From the NCBI GenBank assembly GCA_965243025.1, contig CBDETY010000003.1, forward strand, positions 5,184,001 through 5,248,000: 64,000 bases of DNA. Reading direction: 5' to 3'. Source of the stretch: Candidatus Latescibacterota bacterium. Its GTDB lineage: Bacteria > Latescibacterota > UBA2968 > UBA8231. Below, in pieces: positions 57,283-64,000 of the stretch (positions within the stretch are counted from its first letter, which is position 1; each line of letters starts with the position of its first letter). The notes beneath the pieces are model-generated. The model was given only the letters and a program-made list of their open reading frames with translations. It ran no database searches and was not told the origin of the DNA. The translations under genes and the position numbers were made by a program.

Positions 57283-59397
57283 ATGAAGCATCGAAGCGGG
57301 AAAAACCTCGTCCTGGCAGCCGTCGTCGCCCTGAGCGCCCTCGAGGCGGCTGCGCTCGACACCCTCCTGGTCGGGGAGGGCGGACGGCCCTGGAGCGACG
57401 GAGGCGGGGGCCTGGATCCCCCCTTTCTCCTCGACGACGGCGACGTCGCCGTCGGCAACAGGCCCGGGAACGTCGTCGACTACGAGCTCGATCCCGGGTG
57501 GGTCTTCCCGCGGCTCATCGACAACTCGGTGAACCTCGCCCGCGGCTCGGCCGGGCGCGGCGGCGGCGCCGATTCGCCGCTGCCCTCGATCCACGAGGAC
57601 GAGCTGGCCTTCGTCGTCGATGGCGAAACGCACACTGCCTTCCGCCGCAAGGCGGAGGCCGGACAGCTCCTTCAGGTTCTCGGGATCATCATCGACCTCG
57701 ACCTGGGGGCGCGCTTCGGGGTCAACCGCATCCGTTTCTTCCCACGCAACAGCGTCTACGAGGCATCGGACTTTCCTTTCGAGACCGACTTCATCCGCGG
57801 CTACGAGATTTCCCTCAACGACGGCAGCGAGGGGACTCAGGTCGGAGGGCGTCCGGTTTTCAGCTCATTCAGGCGGGAGCCCGACAACACCGAGCCCGTC
57901 GTCGACCTCGAGGTTCCCCTGCAGTTCGTGCGCTTCATCCGCCTCACCACCCTGACGACGGTCGGATTCGAGGTAGACGAGATCGAGGTGTACGGGGCCG
58001 GTTTCGTGCCGGAGGCGACCTACCTGTCCGACATCTACGACGTCGGGACTCCCGCCAACTGGGGCCGCCTGTGGTGGCAGGAGAGAAAGGATGGCGTCGC
58101 CGGCCTTTCCGACCTGAAAGTGGTCACCCGCAGCGGGCGGGACGCTTCTCCCCTGGTCTACACCCGCAAGTTGCAGGGGGGCCTCGAAGTGCCCTGGAGG
58201 GCGGGGGCGGCGGCCGGGAATATCGACCTGGACTCCAGCCCGGGGGAGGTTGCCCTCGACGCCTTCAACCGGTTGCCGCCCGGGGAGCGCGGCAGCCTCG
58301 AGCTCACCCTGGCGGAGTACGAGGCCCTGGGGTCCGGGGAGCGCGGCGCGGTCCGCAGCGACCGGATCAACTGGAGCCCCTGGACGGCGCCCTATTCCCA
58401 GGAGGGAAAGAGCGCGTCCGGCACTCCGGTGGTGTCTCCCGGGCCGCGCCGCTACTTCCAGTTCCGGCTCGATTTCGCCAGCAGCGACGTCGAGTCGGCC
58501 ACGGGCGTCGACGCCCTGGGGTTCGAGCTGTCGGCCCCGGCCCCGGCCCTGAACATCGTGGGGGAAATCCATCCCCGGCAGATCCGCGCCGGCCAGAGCA
58601 CCGACTTCGTGTACGGGGTGCGGGCGCAGCTGGGTCCCGACAACCCGGGGTTCGACCGCTTCGAGGTGTTCACCGCCGCCCCGGTCGATGCGATCCAGCG
58701 GATCGAGATCGTCGACGGCGAGGGCGGCCTGGTCGCCGGGGAGGAGTTCGGCCCCCTCGACCGGCTGCAGCTCCCGGCCGAGCAGGGCGGATTCAGCATT
58801 CAGGCGGTGGAATCCGACCGCTTCGTGGTAGGCTTTCCCGCCATTACCGCTGACGGCTCCGGCCTGCGCATCCGCTTCACCTCGTCGGCCCTGCGTTTCG
58901 GCCAGACCTTCGAGGGCCGCGCCTTCAGCAGCGACCGGCTCGACGAGCTCGCGCAGCAGGTGGTGCCCGGAAACGCCGGCGAGCTCACCGAGGACGACAT
59001 CGACGCGCGCCCCCCCGGCACCGAGGACGGCACCGCGGTCGACAACTCCCTTTCCGTGCGCATGGACCTCGGCGGCTCGTTCCTCGGCCGCGTGAGGTCC
59101 GAACCGGCGGTATTCACCCCGAACGGCGACGGCGTCAACGACCGCGTGGATTTCGAGATCCAGGTGTTCCGCCTCGGCCTCGAGGCGCCGCTGCGGTTCG
59201 AGGTCTACGACCTGGGCGGCCGCCTGCTGGCGACGCCGTTCGAGGGGGAGCGGGCAAGCGGGCAGTTCACCGCCGCCTGGGACGGGAAGGACCGCGCCGG
59301 CGGTCTCGTGGCGCCCGGAATCTACCTGGTGCGCGCGGTCCTGGAGACAGACGCGGGCACGAAGGCGAGCAGCGGTCTCGTCTCGATCGCATACTGA
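57283..59397 (+). CDS. Secreted protein with discoidin-like segment and C-terminal FlgD-Ig/CTD domain, paralog A2
   Basis: Signal peptide; 'LDLGARFGVNRIRFFP', 'GTPVVSPGPRRYFQ', 'FTPNGDGVND..YDLGGRLL..WDG..PGIYL..VSIAY'. Confidence 0.75.
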   Translation: MKHRSGKNLVLAAVVALSALEAAALDTLLVGEGGRPWSDGGGGLDPPFLLDDGDVAVGNRPGNVVDYELDPGWVFPRLIDNSVNLARGSAGRGGGADSPLPSIHEDELAFVVDGETHTAFRRKAEAGQLLQVLGIIIDLDLGARFGVNRIRFFPRNSVYEASDFPFETDFIRGYEISLNDGSEGTQVGGRPVFSSFRREPDNTEPVVDLEVPLQFVRFIRLTTLTTVGFEVDEIEVYGAGFVPEATYLSDIYDVGTPANWGRLWWQERKDGVAGLSDLKVVTRSGRDASPLVYTRKLQGGLEVPWRAGAAAGNIDLDSSPGEVALDAFNRLPPGERGSLELTLAEYEALGSGERGAVRSDRINWSPWTAPYSQEGKSASGTPVVSPGPRRYFQFRLDFASSDVESATGVDALGFELSAPAPALNIVGEIHPRQIRAGQSTDFVYGVRAQLGPDNPGFDRFEVFTAAPVDAIQRIEIVDGEGGLVAGEEFGPLDRLQLPAEQGGFSIQAVESDRFVVGFPAITADGSGLRIRFTSSALRFGQTFEGRAFSSDRLDELAQQVVPGNAGELTEDDIDARPPGTEDGTAVDNSLSVRMDLGGSFLGRVRSEPAVFTPNGDGVNDRVDFEIQVFRLGLEAPLRFEVYDLGGRLLATPFEGERASGQFTAAWDGKDRAGGLVAPGIYLVRAVLETDAGTKASSGLVSIAY

Positions 59398-59414
59398 GAG
59401 GGCGAAGGAGGATC

Positions 59415-62111
59415 ATGAGGAGGAGGAATAACTCACGACCCGCGTGGCCGCTGGTGGCCTTTCTCGTCGCCGCCGGGGCCGCGGCCTGGGCCCAGGACTA
59501 CGGCGCCCGCCTGGGAGTACAGCGAGGCGGTGAGGTATCGTACGAACCGGTGGGACCGGGCGTGCTCTTCGGCGCCCTCGACCCCGCGGTAAAACGCTGG
59601 TACGTGCCACAGGAGCTGTTCAACGAGTACCGCTGGAAGCAGTGGGAGTACTCCAACTACGCCCGCCAGCATTATCAGCGCTACGTCAACACCGCCCTGG
59701 AAGGGGACTACTACTACGACGTCTACGGCAACCTGCTGACCCGGGGCTGGCTGGTCTACGACTGGCAGCGCCACCAGCCCGGCGATCTGGGAAACTCGAT
59801 CTTCAAGGACAACCGCTACGCCGGGTGGTTCAGCCAGGTGCTCATCACCTCGGACCAGAAGGGCCAGTACCAGTACGCCCTGACCATCGGCGACCGCATC
59901 CGCTCGAGCCTGACCCCGCTGACCTTCTCCAAGCCGGCTTTCAACGGCATCCAGGCCGACTTCGTCACCGACAAGTACGAGGCCACGGTGCTGATGTCGC
60001 GGGTGAGCCAGCCGGAGGTCGGCGGCACCCAGGGAGTCCCGAGGTCGGTCACCAACTCCACCGATTTCCTCGGCACCCACCTGACGGCGCAGATCGGCGA
60101 CTTCGTCGATCTCGGCGCCACCTACCTCAACGTCCATCAGACCAAGACCCTGATCGAGAGCTTCGTCGGCGCCGACCGCACGGGGACCCTGACGACGGAC
60201 CAGAACCGCGACCCGATCACGGCGATCGAGATAATCCTCGCTGACGACTCCCCCGAGGACGGAGAGGCCGGCGCGGCACTGTTTTCCGAGAACATCACCA
60301 TCACCGCCCGCGACTTCGAGACCGGCGAAAAGACCGTGGTAGAGGGGAGGCACATCGGTTTCGCCCCGGTCATCCAGGGCGGCTTCCAGCGCCGCGGGTT
60401 CCTCTCGGCCAACGGCGAGGAGGAGATCAGGCTCCTCTACGATTTCGCCAGCCCCACCTATCTCGGCCCCGACCCGACGACGATCATCGCCGTCGAGTTC
60501 GAGCTGGTGGTCGCCAACGACTACCGGGTGCTCGTGCAGTCCGACAGGCAGCTGGGGGGCGGGGACCAGCCGCACCCCCTGGTCGTCGCCCGCGCCGACG
60601 GCAACGTCCGGGACACCTCCAACCAGCAGCTCCTGCGCTTCGAGTACGGGTTGCCGACGGCGACCGAGATCTACGGAGCCGACATCGAGATAACCGACAT
60701 AGCCGGCTTCCGCGGCTACGCCGAGATCGCCCTCAACCGCCGCTACCGCCGCTATCCGAACGCCAACCTCGAGGACGGGCACGAGACGAGCAGGAGCTCG
60801 GCCGGCGCCTGGATGGCCAACCTCTCGAAGGTCGCCTTTCCGTGGTTCGTCTTCGGCGAGGCGTTCAGCATGGACAGCGACTACGACACCGGCCTGCTGC
60901 TGACCAACGCCGACGGGGAGATCAACTACGCCTCCGAGACCAAGCGCTTCGAGTTCGTCGACGACAACGACGACCAGGACCGCATTCCCGACTGGACCCG
61001 GTCCAACCAGCTGGGCACCGATCCGGCGGTGTTTCCCGGCTGGGACGAGAACAACGATTTCATCAACGATTTCAACCAGAACGACAACGAGTTCCGCGTC
61101 AGCCGGATTCCCGACTACGACGAGCCCTTCCTGCGCTTCCGCAGCGACCGGCCCGAGTTCCTCTTCGGCATCGATCTCAACAACAACATGTGGATCGACC
61201 GCTTCGAGAACGACGAACAGCCGGACTATCCGTACAAGCGCGACCACCAGGGCTACAACGCCTACGTCGGGGCGCACGTGTTCCCCGACGCGCGGCTCAC
61301 CGTGGGCCGCACCCGCCAGAAGCTGCTGTCGGGAGACGGCCGCAACGTCACGAGCTACGGGTTGTTCACCTTCGACCGGGACTTCGCAAACCTGGGGCGG
61401 GTGCGCGTCTTCGAGCGCGTCAAAAGGACCCGCGACGACCTCGCCGACGACCGCATCGAGGCGACTCCCTTCCACCGCGGCCCGCAGCCGCGCATCCCCG
61501 ATCCGCTGGCCGCCCAGGACACATGGATCAACACGGTGTGGCTGGGCTTCCAGTCGCAGGAGCTGCTGCCTTCGCTGTGGATCGACAACAAGCTGAAGGT
61601 GGAGATCCTCCATCAGCTGCTCGACGAGGGAACCCTGGCGACCGAGCGCCGGCGCCGGGACTCCGGGTTCTTCGGCCTGATCAACAAGGCGGAGTACTCC
61701 GTCGACGCGGGAACCCTGCGGCTGCGCCCGCGCATCAAGAGCGAGTACCTGCGGGACCAGCCCTCCCTGAAGATCGCCGAGGACCGCCAGCAGTACACCC
61801 TAAGTCTGTTCCTGGTGGGGCAGCTGCCGCTGATGTCGACCACCCGCATAGAGGCCGGCATCGAGCAGGGCCTGGTGTGGGATCTCCTGACCGCCGAAGA
61901 CGAGGTCTCCGAGGGCGCCCTCACCGGGGATTTCGGAGAGACGGTGGTGGCCGTGCAGAGCACCACCGAGAGCGACTACCTCGGGTACTCGCTCCTCACC
62001 CAGGTCGGGGTGCAGTACCAACGCAGGACCGAAGAGATATTCGAAGGGGAAAACCAGGTATCGACCGGGTTCAGCTCGTTCGTGACCGTGTACGCGGGCC
62101 TCGGGCGATAG
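59415..62111 (+). CDS. Large secreted/outer-membrane hypothetical protein, paralog B1
   Basis: AAGGAGG RBS, signal peptide then QDYGARLG; D/N-rich loops (DDNDDQD, WDENNDFINDFNQNDN, DLNNN); beta-strand-like C-terminus 'SFVTVYAGLGR'. Confidence 0.72.
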   Translation: MRRRNNSRPAWPLVAFLVAAGAAAWAQDYGARLGVQRGGEVSYEPVGPGVLFGALDPAVKRWYVPQELFNEYRWKQWEYSNYARQHYQRYVNTALEGDYYYDVYGNLLTRGWLVYDWQRHQPGDLGNSIFKDNRYAGWFSQVLITSDQKGQYQYALTIGDRIRSSLTPLTFSKPAFNGIQADFVTDKYEATVLMSRVSQPEVGGTQGVPRSVTNSTDFLGTHLTAQIGDFVDLGATYLNVHQTKTLIESFVGADRTGTLTTDQNRDPITAIEIILADDSPEDGEAGAALFSENITITARDFETGEKTVVEGRHIGFAPVIQGGFQRRGFLSANGEEEIRLLYDFASPTYLGPDPTTIIAVEFELVVANDYRVLVQSDRQLGGGDQPHPLVVARADGNVRDTSNQQLLRFEYGLPTATEIYGADIEITDIAGFRGYAEIALNRRYRRYPNANLEDGHETSRSSAGAWMANLSKVAFPWFVFGEAFSMDSDYDTGLLLTNADGEINYASETKRFEFVDDNDDQDRIPDWTRSNQLGTDPAVFPGWDENNDFINDFNQNDNEFRVSRIPDYDEPFLRFRSDRPEFLFGIDLNNNMWIDRFENDEQPDYPYKRDHQGYNAYVGAHVFPDARLTVGRTRQKLLSGDGRNVTSYGLFTFDRDFANLGRVRVFERVKRTRDDLADDRIEATPFHRGPQPRIPDPLAAQDTWINTVWLGFQSQELLPSLWIDNKLKVEILHQLLDEGTLATERRRRDSGFFGLINKAEYSVDAGTLRLRPRIKSEYLRDQPSLKIAEDRQQYTLSLFLVGQLPLMSTTRIEAGIEQGLVWDLLTAEDEVSEGALTGDFGETVVAVQSTTESDYLGYSLLTQVGVQYQRRTEEIFEGENQVSTGFSSFVTVYAGLGR

Positions 62112-62121
62112 GGTGCAGCGC

Positions 62122-64000
62122 ATGAAGCGGGCAGGAACGCACAGCCTCGTTCTCGTCCTTCTCGCCCTGGCCGGCGCCCGGGCAGCGGACTACGGCACCC
62201 GCCTCGGCCGGGTGCTGGAAGAAGGTCCCGAGTACCCGCCGTCAGGATCCGGTGTGCTCGACGTGGCGCTGCAACCGAGGCTTGGGGAGACCTACCTGCC
62301 GCAGGAGCTCTACTCCGAGTACGGCTGGCGGCAGTGGGAGTACACCAACCACGCGTACGAGCGCTACCTCCGTTACGTCGGGCCCGACCTCGAGGGGGAC
62401 CGCTTCTACGACGTCTTCGGCAACCACCTGACCAAGGGCTGGCTGGTCTACGACGCGCGCAAGGAGCAGCCGCGGGCGTCGGAAGGGAACAGCCTGTACA
62501 AGTCCGGTTTCTACGGAGGGACTTTCAGCAATCTCGTCATCTCCACCGACAGGAGGGGGCAGTACCACTACTCGATGACCATCGGCGACGAGATCGCCAC
62601 CACCCTGACGCCGCTCACGTTCCGCAAGGCCGCCTTCAACGGAACCCAGTTCGACTTCCTGTCGGAGAACCTCGGCGGCACCCTGCTGCTGTCGCGGGTG
62701 AACGCTCCCCTGGTGCAGAGCCTGGCGCTGCCGGCGGCGCTGACCAACACCACCGACCTGACCGCGGGACGGGTGACGGCGTCGGCCGGGCCGGTAACCT
62801 TCGGGGCGACCCTGGTAAACGGCCATCAGAGCCGCGCCAGTCTCGAGCGCTTCGACGGCAATCCCCTGAAGGGGCACCTGACCACGGCGCAGGCCAGCAG
62901 CACCGTCGGCGACATCACCATCCGGCTCAGCGACGACTCCCCGGAGGACGGGGAGGGAGGGGTCGTCCTGTACTCGGAGCGCATGGTCGTGGAGGACCTG
63001 CGGGGCAACCGCTACGACAGCGCCGAGATCGGTTTCCGGGCGAACCGCGACGGCGGCCTCATCGTCGACGGGTTTCCCACCGCCAGCGGCGCAGAACGCA
63101 TCCTGCTCAACTACGACCTGCGCCGCTTCGCCGACGTGCTGCCGACCACCGTCGACTCGCTCAAGGAGGTGCGGTTCGAGCTCCAGGTGGGCAACGACTA
63201 CCTCATCGAGATCGCCTCCGAGGTCCAGACCAACGTCAAGAGCCAGCCTGTCTTCCTGACCGTCGCCCGGGCCCCGGCCAACATCAAGGACGCCTCGAAC
63301 CGCCGCGTCATCAGCTTCAACTACGGACTTCCGACCGCAAACCAGGTCGCCGGGTTCAGCATGGAGATTACCGAGCTCGCCGGTTTCAGTCTCTACGCCG
63401 AATACGTCGTCAACTCGCGCTACCGCCAGCTTCCCAACGCCTTGCTCAGGACGCACAAGTCCTCGGTCGACCGCTCTACGGCATGGATGGTCAACGCCGC
63501 GAGGAACACCTGGCCGTGGTTCGCCTACGGCGAAGCCTTCGGCATGGACGAGGACTACAACACCTCGTTCTTCCTGACCAACCCCACCGGGCAGGTCGAC
63601 TACGGCGACCCGGAGAGGTTCTTGTTCGATTTCGTCGACGACAACGACGACCAGGACCGCTGGCCCGATCAGAAACGCGCCTTCCAGGGCACCCGGCAGG
63701 TGGTCGCGGGACGGACGCTCGGGAGCCTGCGCGAGGGACAGCCCGACCAGGCGGTTTTTCCGGGATGGGACGAAAACGGCGATTTCATCTCGGACTTCAA
63801 CCAGAACGACAACCCGGTGCGTCCGAACGCGATCCCGGATTTCGAAGAGCCCTTCCTGCGCTTCAACGCCGACCGTCCGGAGTTCATGTTCGGCATCGAC
63901 CTGAACAACAACGGCTGGATCGACCGCTTCGAGGACGACGCCGACCCGGACTACCCCTACAAGCTCGACCGCCGGGGGCACAACCTCTACGGCGGCTACA
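62122..64000 (+). CDS. Large secreted/outer-membrane hypothetical protein, paralog B2 (runs off window; absent from ORF track)
   Basis: Hand translation from ATG 62122: MKRAGTHSLVLVLLALAGARAADYGTRLG...YLPQELYSEYGWRQWEY...DDSPEDGEGG...FVDDNDDQDR...FGIDLNNNGWIDRFE; collinear with B1. Confidence 0.8.
   Translation, partial: MKRAGTHSLVLVLLALAGARAADYGTRLGRVLEEGPEYPPSGSGVLDVALQPRLGETYLPQELYSEYGWRQWEYTNHAYERYLRYVGPDLEGDRFYDVFGNHLTKGWLVYDARKEQPRASEGNSLYKSGFYGGTFSNLVISTDRRGQYHYSMTIGDEIATTLTPLTFRKAAFNGTQFDFLSENLGGTLLLSRVNAPLVQSLALPAALTNTTDLTAGRVTASAGPVTFGATLVNGHQSRASLERFDGNPLKGHLTTAQASSTVGDITIRLSDDSPEDGEGGVVLYSERMVVEDLRGNRYDSAEIGFRANRDGGLIVDGFPTASGAERILLNYDLRRFADVLPTTVDSLKEVRFELQVGNDYLIEIASEVQTNVKSQPVFLTVARAPANIKDASNRRVISFNYGLPTANQVAGFSMEITELAGFSLYAEYVVNSRYRQLPNALLRTHKSSVDRSTAWMVNAARNTWPWFAYGEAFGMDEDYNTSFFLTNPTGQVDYGDPERFLFDFVDDNDDQDRWPDQKRAFQGTRQVVAGRTLGSLREGQPDQAVFPGWDENGDFISDFNQNDNPVRPNAIPDFEEPFLRFNADRPEFMFGIDLNNNGWIDRFEDDADPDYPYKLDRRGHNLYGGY

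Overview
High-GC bacterial chromosomal window with about 50 genes; I found no rRNA, tRNA, CRISPR array or transposase. Five PhyH-type dioxygenases, sugar-acid catabolism genes, a secreted protein ending 'TTWGQLK' and FlgD-Ig-tailed secreted paralogs resemble Latescibacterota/Poribacteria-like marine or sponge-associated lineages (inference). Two visibly lower-GC accessory patches interrupt the backbone. The first (~6.2-10.45 kb) holds a Type II-like restriction-modification pair and a Fic-HTH gene, bracketed by three copies of the palindrome TTACTAAT-N9-AT(T/C)AGTA. The second (~26.2-29.9 kb) holds a broken HD-phosphohydrolase, its intact partner, and a PLP decarboxylase lying between ~147-bp degenerate direct repeats with a triplicated ~101-bp leader. 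From 43 kb to the end is an uncharacterised cell-envelope cluster: two convergent paralogous polytopic membrane proteins, a PpiC lipoprotein, an ASPIC/UnbV protein, a GT-C/TPR glycosyltransferase and two tandem pairs of large secreted paralogs. It is the best candidate here for an undescribed secretion or surface system. Start codons were adjusted by eye, and family names come from motif recognition, not database searches.
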